Positions 18,714 through 28,431 of a DNA stretch of 64,000 nucleotides are shown one piece after another. Origin of the DNA: Deltaproteobacteria bacterium (lineage in GTDB: Bacteria; Myxococcota_A; UBA9160; SMWR01); assembly GCA_032128375.1 (NCBI GenBank), contig JAQBGU010000084.1:49322-113321 (forward strand). The letters are read 5' to 3'. Each line of letters begins with the position of its first letter. Position 1 is the first letter of the stretch. The notes under the pieces are model-generated. The model did not search any database. It saw only the letters and a program-made list of their open reading frames with translations, and was not told the origin of the DNA. The translations under genes were made by a program, and so were the position numbers.

Positions 18714-19352
18714 ATGAAGATCACCATCTTTGGCGCGACCGGCGACCTGGGCAACGAATGCCTCGAGCAAGCGCTGGAAGCGGGCCACGAAATCACGGTC
18801 TTGGCCCGCACCCCGTCGAAGCTACCGAGCGGCCTGGCGAGTCGGGTCGCGGTCATCGAAGGCGACGGTCTCAACGCCCAAGACGTCGAGCGGGCGCTCG
18901 GCAACGGTGCGGAGGCGATCCTGTTCGCGATTGGTATCGATAAACATTCGCCTGAGGATCTTTCGACCGACGCAACGCGACACATCCTGGCGGCGATGCG
19001 GCGGCTGGGCATTCGAAGGTTCGTGTGGTGCGGCGGAGGCAGCACTCTCGTCGACGAGGACGTGATTACCTTTGGAGCGAAGTTCGTGCATTTCTTTGCC
19101 AGTACTTTTATGGGGCTCCGACAGCGCGACAAAGTCCATCAACTCGAGCTACTCGAGCAGAATCTCGATTTGGATTGGATCGGCATTCGGCCGCTGCAAA
19201 TGGGCGCTGGTCCGAGGCGCCAGGAATATCGGCTGGGATTCGACGCATTCAGCGGATTTTCGAGAATCACCTTTGCGGACTGCGCGCATGCGATGATCCA
19301 GATGCTTACTGACGACACGTGGGTCCACAAAGCACCCATTATTCAGTATTGA
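18714..19352 (+). CDS. NAD(P)H-binding flavin/biliverdin IX-beta reductase-like protein
   Basis: MKITIFGATGDLG, LARTPSKL, LDWIGIRP and ITFADCA patterns. Confidence 0.85.
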   Translation: MKITIFGATGDLGNECLEQALEAGHEITVLARTPSKLPSGLASRVAVIEGDGLNAQDVERALGNGAEAILFAIGIDKHSPEDLSTDATRHILAAMRRLGIRRFVWCGGGSTLVDEDVITFGAKFVHFFASTFMGLRQRDKVHQLELLEQNLDLDWIGIRPLQMGAGPRRQEYRLGFDAFSGFSRITFADCAHAMIQMLTDDTWVHKAPIIQY

Positions 19353-19407
19353 GCATTCTCCGGCCTGCAGACAGGCGACGGTGCAGAAGCCGACCAGGTC
19401 GACAGTA

Positions 19408-19496
19408 GTGACGCCACCCCACACCAAACCATTGGGAAGGTGGAAGTTATTAATAACAACCGTGGGAAGGGTACAAGTCAACAAGGGTGGCGCCAC
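19408..19496. repeat. Symmetric intergenic element: outer 12-bp inverted repeat, central palindrome and inner direct repeats
   Basis: gtgacgccaccc/gggtggcgccac (11/12 match), GTTATTAATAAC at 19446-19457, and aacc(at/g)tgggaagg twice. Confidence 0.6.
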
Positions 19497-19604
19497 CGTT
19501 AACGACTATCGCAGCGAGTTGACCAACGGGCATGCCCCATAGTGGGTCATTCGGCTGGCCGTATCTGGATCGACTTTCGCTGAAAGTGCGGGCGGTCGCT
19601 GTTG

Positions 19605-20810
19605 CTAGTGGACCACACCACGCGAGCGAAGAGCCTCAATCGCCGCCGAGTCTCTCCCGAGTTCCGCCAGAACTTCATCGGTGTGTTGCCCTGCGTTGGG
19701 TGCCATCCAGCGTGGTTCGCACGGCTTCCCTCCGAAATCGGCTGGCGTGGCGGGGAGTAGCGTCGTCCCAACACCATCTGGAACTTCGACGAAGCCACCG
19801 GCCGCGTGTGTCTGGGGATCGGCGACGACCTCATCGAGGCTCTGCACGGGCGCCCACCACATATCTGGCTCGGTGTCGAAGATTCGTGTCCAGTCCGCGC
19901 GGTTCTTGGTTGCGAACACTTCGTCGAGTAGTGTGATCAGAGTCTTGGCGTTCTCTTGGCGCGCGTCGCGGGTTGCGAATCGCTCGTCGTCGATCCACTC
20001 CGGGTGGCCGGCGCAGCGCGCCAGCGGAGGCCAGTGCCGCTCGGCTTCGAGCCCGACGATCCAGAACCAGCGTCCATCGCTATCTTGGTAGGCGTTGATG
20101 GTGGGGTTGCCCATGGCCGTGCGCTCTGCTGGCTGCATGGGGACGCCGAATCGCAGCGTTAGCGCCATGTCGAAGCTCAACGTGTAGATCCCCTGGCGCA
20201 GCAGCGAGGTCGATACGAGCTGGCCCTTTCCGGTCTTCTCGCGCGCGAACAGCGCCGCCGACACGGCACCTGCGGCCACCATGCCTGCACCGTGGTCGCC
20301 CATCCCACCGCGTTGGAACGGGGGTTGACCGCCCGGTTGACTCAACATGTGCGCAATTCCCGATCGCGCCCAGAACGCAGAAATGTCGTAGGCGGCGCGG
20401 TCCTTGTCTGGACCATCGAATCCGTAACCAGTAATCGCGCAGTAGATGAGACGCGGGTTGCGCTTGACAAGCGAACTCGGATCGAAACCGAAGCGTTGCA
20501 ATGCGGCCTGACGGATGTTCGAGACGAATACGTCCGCCTGATCCACGAGCTCGAGCGCGAGTGCCTGCCCTTCGTCGGTCGTCCAATCGATCACGATGCT
20601 TCGCTTGCCGCGGTTGTCCATTTCGAACGGTGGATTGAACGGCAGGTCGCCGCCGATCATTCTGGCGAATGTGCGGGCTGGGTCGCCGATGCCCGGCGGT
20701 TCGATCTTGATGACGTCGGCACCCCAATCGGCGAGGATCAAGCTGGCCGCGGGGCCCGCGATCCAGACGCCCATCTCCACCACCCTGACGCCATCCATGG
20801 GCCCCGTCAT
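19605..20810 (-). CDS. CaiB/BaiF family III CoA-transferase
   Basis: GADVIKIEPP, NRGKRSI and NPRLIYCAITGYG motifs. Confidence 0.92.
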   Translation of the reverse strand: MTGPMDGVRVVEMGVWIAGPAASLILADWGADVIKIEPPGIGDPARTFARMIGGDLPFNPPFEMDNRGKRSIVIDWTTDEGQALALELVDQADVFVSNIRQAALQRFGFDPSSLVKRNPRLIYCAITGYGFDGPDKDRAAYDISAFWARSGIAHMLSQPGGQPPFQRGGMGDHGAGMVAAGAVSAALFAREKTGKGQLVSTSLLRQGIYTLSFDMALTLRFGVPMQPAERTAMGNPTINAYQDSDGRWFWIVGLEAERHWPPLARCAGHPEWIDDERFATRDARQENAKTLITLLDEVFATKNRADWTRIFDTEPDMWWAPVQSLDEVVADPQTHAAGGFVEVPDGVGTTLLPATPADFGGKPCEPRWMAPNAGQHTDEVLAELGRDSAAIEALRSRGVVH

Positions 20811-21913
20811 TTCGATCCTGCTGCTGGGGCCCAGGCGAGGTCATTGCCGCGCTTGATCAGTCGGTGCCGCGGCGCGAGCGCAAGGATCGGCTCCCAGCCG
20901 GTTCCGGAGATCACTGCGTCGACTCGCGCGCGCTCGGCGCTCGGCAGCGCCCGATACGCGTCGAGCGAGCGTTGCAGCATCCACAACGTGTAAGGCCGCG
21001 CACCGCATTGCAGCGCTGTCCCGCGATATTGCGACTCGGCGAGCCCGATGGCGCGCGGCGGCGTTCCGTCGGCCGCGTGTTCGTCCGCCCAGTCTTCGAT
21101 TGCGGCCACCGCGGCGACGAGCATCCCAACGCCATCGGCCATCACGCCTAACGCTTCGCGCATCGTGGGGGCGATTTCATCGTCGGCGAGCCAGTTCCTC
21201 TGGTCCATGGGCGGCCGATTCATTCTCTCGATCCAGCAGCAGACGCGAAATGCGCTTTCGTACAAGAGCTCTTGCGGCACAGCATCGCGAAACAGATGGC
21301 CGTAGAACGGCCCCAGCAGCGCACAATCGGCCAGCGACATCGCGTCGCCGAGCAGGAACCGGTGTTCGTCGAAGTGTCGGCACAACACTTCCATCAACTC
21401 GGCCAGATGGGCCTCGATCGCCGGACCGGACTCCTTCGTAACACCCAGAAACGGCAAGCTCCCCGACATCCGGTCGGCGAAACGCTGGCCGGCATCGGCT
21501 CGGCCGCTTGCAAACCCGAAATCGATCCTGGCCTTGTGGACGCTTTTCTCGAACGCCCAGCGGTAGTGCATGGCAGGGAGCAGCGCGACCTCGTCGCTGT
21601 AGAGTTCAATCAAGTACGCGATGATCCTCTGCACCGGCGTCTTCGGGTAGAGCGGAGGCTCGGGATGACGCTCTTCCAGACGATCCAGAATCGTGCTGGT
21701 GTCTTGCCAGCCCTCCCCCTCGGGCGTCATCAATACCGGAATGAAAGTCATCCCAGTCTGTTCGCGGATCAGTTTGTAGTCCGGGAGGACTTCGCGATAC
21801 CACAGTCCTTTGTGTGGCAGCGCGGGTCGTACCTTGCCCGAAAAGTACGACACATCTGCAGCATGGAGAATGTACGGACCCTCTTGATTCATGTTGTATC
21901 CCATGTGATCCAT
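20807..21913 (-). CDS. Glutathione S-transferase-like protein
   Basis: SYFSGKVR, IPVL, QDTSTI, MHYRW and FLLGDAMSLAD; 4-nt overlap with the CoA-transferase. Confidence 0.8.
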   Translation of the reverse strand: MDHMGYNMNQEGPYILHAADVSYFSGKVRPALPHKGLWYREVLPDYKLIREQTGMTFIPVLMTPEGEGWQDTSTILDRLEERHPEPPLYPKTPVQRIIAYLIELYSDEVALLPAMHYRWAFEKSVHKARIDFGFASGRADAGQRFADRMSGSLPFLGVTKESGPAIEAHLAELMEVLCRHFDEHRFLLGDAMSLADCALLGPFYGHLFRDAVPQELLYESAFRVCCWIERMNRPPMDQRNWLADDEIAPTMREALGVMADGVGMLVAAVAAIEDWADEHAADGTPPRAIGLAESQYRGTALQCGARPYTLWMLQRSLDAYRALPSAERARVDAVISGTGWEPILALAPRHRLIKRGNDLAWAPAAGSK

Positions 21914-21927
21914 CGCGGGGTCCGCCG

Positions 21928-22389
21928 CTATCGGTTCTCGGGGGGAATGTGAGCCAACTCGAGCTTCACTCCGTCCGGATCCGCATAGAAGGCCGCGTAG
22001 TAGCCTTGGGTGTATGCCGGTTGGTCGCTGTAGTCATGAGGAGGGTCGAGAATTTCTGCATTCACCGCCAGCATGGCTTCGTGTACCCGGCGCACTGTTT
22101 CGGGGCAGTCTGCGTGGAATGCGAGATGGTGTGGCCCAGGCTCATATCGATCATAGCGGCGATCGCGTCTGTCTTCTTTTGCCGGGCGCACCTCGATGGA
22201 AAAGTGGATCGTCTCTGCATACCGGAGGCTCCAGGTTGCTCGCTGGGGATTCGGACCGCTCCAATCCGGCGAATCGATCTTCCAGCGGCGGTAGCCGAGC
22301 GCCTCGAGGAAAGCGGCGTAGAAAGGAATTGATTTCTCGGGATAGCCGACAGAGATGTCGATATGCGCAAGAGGTCCCGTGATGGGCAT
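21928..22389 (-). CDS. VOC/glyoxalase family protein
   Basis: HIDISV, PGPHHLAF and YYAAFYADPDGVKLEL motifs. Confidence 0.88.
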   Translation of the reverse strand: MPITGPLAHIDISVGYPEKSIPFYAAFLEALGYRRWKIDSPDWSGPNPQRATWSLRYAETIHFSIEVRPAKEDRRDRRYDRYEPGPHHLAFHADCPETVRRVHEAMLAVNAEILDPPHDYSDQPAYTQGYYAAFYADPDGVKLELAHIPPENR

Positions 22390-22621
22390 TGGATGCCTCC
22401 CATGGGTTTGAGCCGAGCTGAGAGTGTGTGCCGTTACCCTTCCAGCAACCAGGGGCACGATCCGAATAATGACCTACCATCGCGATCGGGTGCCCCCCCT
22501 CCCTCGAATGCGAACGGCTGCGAATGCTGCGAGGATGAGTGGTAGCGAGATGCGGAAAACCTGGGGCCGGGGCGTGCCGGAAGTGCGGCGATTGCCGTTG
22601 ATCGGGTCATTGATCGGGTCA

Positions 22622-23491
22622 ATGAAGCGGATCGCCAGCTTGGTAAGCGCCGTATGGATGGCTGTCCTGTGGCTGGGTTGTGTGGGCCCGCCGCTGCGTA
22701 CGAATGTCGATCGCGTCAGTCGCACGGGCATCGAGTTCTTCACCTTCCTGCAGTCACGCGGCAGTTCCATCGCGGATATTCGCTCGTCTCTGCCAGACGC
22801 CAAGGTCGACACCGTCTTTCTGGTCGACCCGAACGTTTCGAATGGAGAACTCGCAGATTTCGTTCGGGTCGACGCGAGTGGGTACAGCTTCGAAATTTTT
22901 CTTCGGGTCATCGTGTCGCGGGTCAATCATCAGGTTTATCGCTACATCGTGCGCGGTGACTGGCGAGGAGTGAAGATGGGATATAGAGAGCTATCGCACG
23001 ATGATCTGTACGACGCGATCTATCTCCATACGCATCCCGACGAGAAACGAATCCTCCCGGTCTCGTTGAATGATTTCATCCATGCAAGTGTGTTTCCGAA
23101 CGTGATGACGTTGGTCGTCGGTGCTGGAATTGCGCTGGAGTTCGAAACCGCCGAATCGAGCCAGAGCGAAACCGTTCTCGACGCAGACGGCAGCCTAACC
23201 GCGCTGAAGCGGCCACGTCGGGAGCCGCTTCGAAACAAGCACCAGATGATGGGCAAGCGCCGGGATACCGAAGGGCCGACATTCGAGTTGGACCGCGTCT
23301 TCCGTGACAAAGTGTACAGTGGGCACAGGCGAGTCACGCTTCAAAACCCGGAAGGCTTGCGGGTGACATTCGATCGCGACCAGACGTTGACGCGGCGTCT
23401 CGATGCCGCGTACCTGGACGCCGATATCTCCCTACCGCGTGTGGGTTCACAATGGACGCGGCTCCCCGTCGACAGTCTCGCTCCCCAGTAG
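22622..23491 (+). CDS. Hypothetical lipoprotein with HTHP..S..D (JAB/MPN-like) motif
   Basis: MKR plus hydrophobic stretch plus WLGC lipobox; LHTHPDEKRILPVSLND. Confidence 0.5.
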   Translation: MKRIASLVSAVWMAVLWLGCVGPPLRTNVDRVSRTGIEFFTFLQSRGSSIADIRSSLPDAKVDTVFLVDPNVSNGELADFVRVDASGYSFEIFLRVIVSRVNHQVYRYIVRGDWRGVKMGYRELSHDDLYDAIYLHTHPDEKRILPVSLNDFIHASVFPNVMTLVVGAGIALEFETAESSQSETVLDADGSLTALKRPRREPLRNKHQMMGKRRDTEGPTFELDRVFRDKVYSGHRRVTLQNPEGLRVTFDRDQTLTRRLDAAYLDADISLPRVGSQWTRLPVDSLAPQ

Positions 23492-23544
23492 CGACGTCCT
23501 TTGCGCCGAGCCCGACCCGCATCATTTCCCCAATCCTCCTCACC

Positions 23545-23786
23545 AACAAGCCCGACAGACCATCGGCAAACTCCTGACCCTGTACGGGCAACTCCCCTCC
23601 TATCGCGCCATGTTCGATAACGAAAGTCTGGCGGGGCCCGCTGATCTGGCGATCGTTGGCGACGAGGAACGCCGAACTCGACCGCCTGCGCGACGCGGGG
23701 GTGACAGATTTCGACGCGGCGATCATGCCGATCGAAGAGGGCGCCGATGATCGCGCGATCGCATTTTCCTGCAGACCCGGCTGTAG
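23545..23786 (+). pseudogene. C-terminal remnant of an LLM-class F420-dependent oxidoreductase
   Basis: YGQLPSYRAMFDNESLAGPADLAIVGDEE, then a frameshift to RLRDAGVTDF. Confidence 0.75.
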
Positions 23787-23839
23787 GTCACAACGGGTGT
23801 GAACTGTTTCCAGCTGAGTTCGCAGGCTGTATCGGGCGG

Positions 23840-25153
23840 CTAGGGATCATCGTGCTGCGGCGCGCTGCGCGGCTCGGACTTGGGCTGCGACCGCGAGAAG
23901 CGTAGCTCGCGGAAGTCGAACCAGTCTGGCTGATCGGATTGAATCTGGCGCGCCTTTTCCGGAAGAAAGGGTTGGGTTCGGGCCTGTGCGGACAACGCGA
24001 CGGGAATTCGCTCCAACGAAAAAATCGAGCTGTAGATTCCCAACCCGGCGCACGCGATGACCGCTGCCGGTGGTCGCGCAAGCGCGGGGAAGGCGCACAG
24101 CAGCGAGAGCAATGCGAAGGGCCACGCGACGATGGTGAGCCGGCCGAACGCCCAGGTGCCGGTCATTCCTGCGAGCGACGCGTGAAACAGCACGATGATG
24201 GCAGCCGCCACCGGCAAGATCCAAAACCGCCGTTCGAGCCGGAACAGCCCGGCCACGATCGAAACCAAATACAAACCCAGCGTCGCATAAGTCGTCAGGT
24301 AGAGGGTCCAGCCTTTCCACAGGCCCGGACGAAACCCCGTCATCAGGCTCTGGAAAGGCCAGCTGAGATGGGTATCCCAAAATACCGAATGAGCGTCAGC
24401 GATACCCTCGAAGCCCGGTAGGCGCCAGTACAAATAGAGGTTGTACAGCGCGAAACTGGCGATCGGCAGTGCAAGGAGTAGTGAACTCCGCAGCGTCAAA
24501 GCTGACCGCAATCGATCGAGCGGGCTGCCCGGACTGTTCGACGACCACAAGACCCAATGCAGGGCCAGCGGGGCGCCAATCAGGAACATTGGGAACCGGG
24601 TCAGGCCGGCGGCCGCGAGCAACAGCATGGACGCGCCCAGACGGCAGCGCAGTATCGCAATGACACTTCCAAGTGCAAACAAGATGGCGAGCGACTCCGC
24701 GAACGCGGAAGAACCCACCATCGCCCAACGTGGATTGGCAAACACGAACAACAGCGAAGGCCACAGTGGTGGAATCCCAAGTTCCAAACACAACACGAAT
24801 ACCGCACTCGCGCACAGCGCCGCCGGCAGCGTGCTTGCGATCAACGCGGCCAATCCCCAGTCGACCAGCGCATCCGGAGTCAGCCACCGGACCAGCGCGA
24901 TCAGCGCGGGGTATCCGGGAGCTTGTCCCATGTAATCCCGAGCCCCGTCGCCAAACGGCAACGGAAACGACTTCGCGATCTCGATGTAGAGGTGTCCATC
25001 GAAGAAAAGCGCGAAATTCGAGTGCGTGACGTCGACCGAGCGAATCGCCAGCGAGCCGAGAATCGCGTGAAACGAAACCGCCAAAACGACCACCGACGCG
25101 AGCGGTACGCAGTCTTCCCTGCGGAAGAGCAATGTCGAGCGCGGGTCCGACAC
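23840..25153 (-). CDS. GT-C-fold membrane glycosyltransferase (PIG-V/mannosyltransferase-like)
   Basis: FDGHLYIEIA, PGYPALI, FAESL and LTR motifs with many TM helices. Confidence 0.65.
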   Translation of the reverse strand: MSDPRSTLLFRREDCVPLASVVVLAVSFHAILGSLAIRSVDVTHSNFALFFDGHLYIEIAKSFPLPFGDGARDYMGQAPGYPALIALVRWLTPDALVDWGLAALIASTLPAALCASAVFVLCLELGIPPLWPSLLFVFANPRWAMVGSSAFAESLAILFALGSVIAILRCRLGASMLLLAAAGLTRFPMFLIGAPLALHWVLWSSNSPGSPLDRLRSALTLRSSLLLALPIASFALYNLYLYWRLPGFEGIADAHSVFWDTHLSWPFQSLMTGFRPGLWKGWTLYLTTYATLGLYLVSIVAGLFRLERRFWILPVAAAIIVLFHASLAGMTGTWAFGRLTIVAWPFALLSLLCAFPALARPPAAVIACAGLGIYSSIFSLERIPVALSAQARTQPFLPEKARQIQSDQPDWFDFRELRFSRSQPKSEPRSAPQHDDP

Positions 25154-25405
25154 GGGGCGAGAGTACCATTGCGACCCGATCCGTGCTGGCGGGGCAGCTC
25201 ACCGCGCTTGCAACCCCTCGCACAGGTGTTGGCGCAGCTGCTGTGTTGGGGATGGGGGATGTAGCATTCACCCGGAGGGCCGCGCAGACTGGATATGGAG
25301 ACAGTGAATGGGCCTCGGAATGCGATGCAAACGGCCCGGAGGCGTGGCTTGCGAAAGCTCGTTGTGAAAAGCCGCATCGAGAACGAGCGCAGTCAGCAAG
25401 AGCCC

Positions 25406-26905
25406 ATGCGTTGGGGGCCTTCTGGCTGGACGGTACGCGTCGTGTGCGTTGCGGCGTTGTTGCTGTTTGCATCACTCGGTTGCCAATTCGAATCCTCCAC
25501 GCAGCGGCTGTCGCGTCCGAACATCCTATGGGTCGTCTGGGACACCGTGCGTGCCTCGAATATGAGCGTTTATGGCTACGACCGGGCTACCACCCCGCAC
25601 CTGCAGGAATGGGTCCGGCGCGCCCGGGTATACGACAATGTGTTGTCGGCCGCGAGCACGACGATCCCCTCGCATGCATCGATGTTCACGGGGATGCTCC
25701 CGGCACAACACGGGGTCGATGATGGCCACCCGAAGCTCGGCGAGCAGCACCAAACGATCGCCGAAATTCTGAGGGACGCCGGCTACCGCACGTACCTGTT
25801 TTCTGCGAACCCGTACGTTGGAGCGTCGACTTCCCTCTCGCAAGGGTTCGACGTAGTCGAACATCCATGGAGTCCCGCGTTCAAGGACGAGGCGAATCGC
25901 ATTCTCGCGGAAAAGACGGCCCCGTATTCGAACGATGCCAGCCAACCGCCCAGCTGGGCCCGGTACGTCAAGACAGCAGGCGTGTTGGCACAGCAGGGCT
26001 TGACCCACTGGCTCGAACTGCAGGGCGAGCGACCGTTCTTCGCGGTAGTCAACTACATGGAGGCTCACCTGCCGCTGGTGCCCGATCGCCAGCATCGCGA
26101 GCAGTTCATGACCGACACTGAGCTCGAGAGGTCATACGAATCGCCGGTGCTAGGCATGAACGTTTGGCGCTATACCACGGGCCTGATGGAGCTGGAAGAG
26201 TCGCAGCTCGGAGTGCTACGTCTTACATACGACGCCGCGATCTCCGAACTCGATCATTTGTTTTTCGAATTGCTGCGCTCACTCGACAGCAGCGGGAGGC
26301 TCGCTGACACCGTAGTTGTGTTGACAGCAGACCACGGTGAACTGCTCGGGGAGCACCACATGCTCAACCACCAGTATTCTGTCCACGAGTCGCTGCTGCG
26401 CGTGCCGCTGATCATCAGTCATCCCACGCTGATCGAACCCGGACGCGATTCGCGGCCGGTCATGAACGTCGACCTGTTTCCCACGCTGTTAGAGCTGGCC
26501 GGGGTTTCCGTCGAGACGAAGCACCGCTCGGAGGCAGTGAGTCTGTTTTCGCGCCAAACCGAGCGGGTGCGTCTTTCCGAATACCCGTTCGCTGACCGCA
26601 AACACATCCGCTACCTCGAATTGGACAACCCCGGCTTCGTACCCGATCCGTGGCTGCGCTCGTTGCGGGCATTTCGGTCGGGAACCCTGAAATACATCTG
26701 GGCATCCGACGGGCGCCACGCGTTGTACGACATGGCAGCCGACCCCGATGAGCAAACCAATCTGGTGCGAGAGCGCCCGAAGCTGGCCGAGCTCCTCGAT
26801 ACACAGCTGCATCGCTTCCTCGAGAACCTGGGCGATAGAGGTCGCGGCGGCACAGCAGAATTCAGTGACGAAACTCGCGCGATGTTGGAGTCTCTGGGTT
26901 ACTGA
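25406..26905 (+). CDS. Sulfatase-like alkaline phosphatase superfamily protein (Thr at the nucleophile position)
   Basis: PNILWVVWDTVRA, TTIPSHASMFTG, TADHGE, VPLII and C-terminal LESLGY; start may be 25295. Confidence 0.85.
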   Translation: MRWGPSGWTVRVVCVAALLLFASLGCQFESSTQRLSRPNILWVVWDTVRASNMSVYGYDRATTPHLQEWVRRARVYDNVLSAASTTIPSHASMFTGMLPAQHGVDDGHPKLGEQHQTIAEILRDAGYRTYLFSANPYVGASTSLSQGFDVVEHPWSPAFKDEANRILAEKTAPYSNDASQPPSWARYVKTAGVLAQQGLTHWLELQGERPFFAVVNYMEAHLPLVPDRQHREQFMTDTELERSYESPVLGMNVWRYTTGLMELEESQLGVLRLTYDAAISELDHLFFELLRSLDSSGRLADTVVVLTADHGELLGEHHMLNHQYSVHESLLRVPLIISHPTLIEPGRDSRPVMNVDLFPTLLELAGVSVETKHRSEAVSLFSRQTERVRLSEYPFADRKHIRYLELDNPGFVPDPWLRSLRAFRSGTLKYIWASDGRHALYDMAADPDEQTNLVRERPKLAELLDTQLHRFLENLGDRGRGGTAEFSDETRAMLESLGY

Positions 26906-27014
26906 CGCGCAGGTTGTCCCGGCTGGACGCGGGTCTGGCCAAGTCTTGAATCGCAGCGAGCGGCGAGGCTGGCCAGCAGCCCGCATCGCCTCGTTCGCGA
27001 TACTTCGATCGGGA

Positions 27015-27554
27015 TCAGGCGGCCGAGCCGCGTCTGCGGAGCCACGGTGAGACGGCGATGAAGCCGATGGCAAAGACGAGACCGGCGCTGGGCTCCGGCA
27101 CGCCGGTGGCTGCGCTCACGTTCGTGTCGACCGGTCGGAAACCCAGAACACCCGAGACGATGTGGCCTGTCGGGTTCCAATGCACGGAAAAGGCGAACGT
27201 TTCATCGATTGTCAGGTAGGCGCCGGCATCGTTGAACCCCGAAAAGGCGATGCCTACCAGGACGCCATCTTCGATCGTGGCCCAGGGAGCACCGGGGAAG
27301 TTGAGGTCGTCCTGCTCCGTGAAGACAGCCGACAGGATCTCGATGTCAAAATCAACGAGCAGCGCCAGGCCGTCGGGCGCGGGCGCCTCGAAGGTGGCGC
27401 TGCCGATCCCCTCTTGAAACTCATTGACGAAACCACCATCGAAGTCGATGCCGAACAGATACGCGTCGATTTCGAAAGTCATTGTGTTCGCGTGCGCGGG
27501 CGCAATCACGAAAAGCATGGACGCGATCAGAATGGTCAGCTTCAGCAGTCTCAT
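27015..27554 (-). CDS. PEP-CTERM exosortase-targeted surface protein
   Basis: Signal peptide ending AHA; C-terminal VPEPSAGLVFAIGFIAVSPWLRRR; AAGGAAG RBS. Confidence 0.85.
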   Translation of the reverse strand: MRLLKLTILIASMLFVIAPAHANTMTFEIDAYLFGIDFDGGFVNEFQEGIGSATFEAPAPDGLALLVDFDIEILSAVFTEQDDLNFPGAPWATIEDGVLVGIAFSGFNDAGAYLTIDETFAFSVHWNPTGHIVSGVLGFRPVDTNVSAATGVPEPSAGLVFAIGFIAVSPWLRRRGSAA

Positions 27555-27842
27555 TTTTCTCTTCCTTACCGTCGGGTCTGTCCGGCCATGCGAACTCGAG
27601 ATCCGCGCAGCGACAGCGATCAGTACGTGGTGATTTTACCACGATAAGCTGGATGTGCTGGAAAATTAAGAAGAAATTGATCTCGTTGCGAGATCTAAAA
27701 TCCAGGCGCCAGGTCTGATTCTCGCTCCAGTCGTGGGACTAGGGGCCGGATCTGCCGGTCGCTGTACCCTCGATTTGCCCCTCGGTTTGCCCAGCTCGGT
27801 TGGCCCAGAGTGGCGAACTGCCCAGCGCGTTCTCGTCGGCCC

Positions 27843-28281
27843 CTATGGGGTCCACAGCGGTTCCGGAATCTCGAAACCGAGCTCGCCTCCCCACTGGTTT
27901 CGGTACGCGACTTCGTGTACCGGTCGGCGCGGCGCGACCCCCCAACGCCGGTCGGGTAGCCCATGGTGACCAGGCAGGCGAAATTCCAACCTTGATCCGT
28001 GGGGACGTTCAGGATTTCGAAGAACTTGTCGCGTTTGAACAACAACACGCCGGTGATCGCGCTGCCCACGCCATCTGCGCGCGCAGAGAGCATCGCGTTC
28101 CAGACCGCCGGAAAGATCGACCCCCCGCTCGGGTCTCCCTGGTTGAACGCAACCAAGATTTGCCACCACTCGGCGCGCGAATCGCTGCATCCAGCAGTCG
28201 CTTCTGCACATCCTCGGAGATGGGGCCGGGCTTCACGCGGCGCATCGCTCGGGTGGTGTAGAGGGCTTCTCGGACGTCCAT
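27843..28281 (-). pseudogene. Nitroreductase-family pseudogene with frameshifts and an internal deletion
   Basis: Three frames: TTRAMRR..AAIRAPSGG / SIFPAVWNAMLSARADGVG..MGYP / RWGVAPRRPV. Confidence 0.8.
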
Positions 28282-28431
28282 CGGTTTCTTCCTTTCTGGG
28301 CGGGTGAATCTGAAACGGGTGCATTCAGGCTAGCTCCCCAGGTCGTCAGGATTGACGCCACCAATCCGGGTCCAACAAAATGAGCCCCGGCGCGCGGCGA
28401 ACTGGAGATGCGCCTGGTAGGTTGACGGCCT

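Noticed and set aside
18115..19352. Pycsar anti-phage system
   Set aside because: No adjacent TIR or transmembrane cNMP-binding effector; the downstream gene is a plain NAD(P)H reductase.
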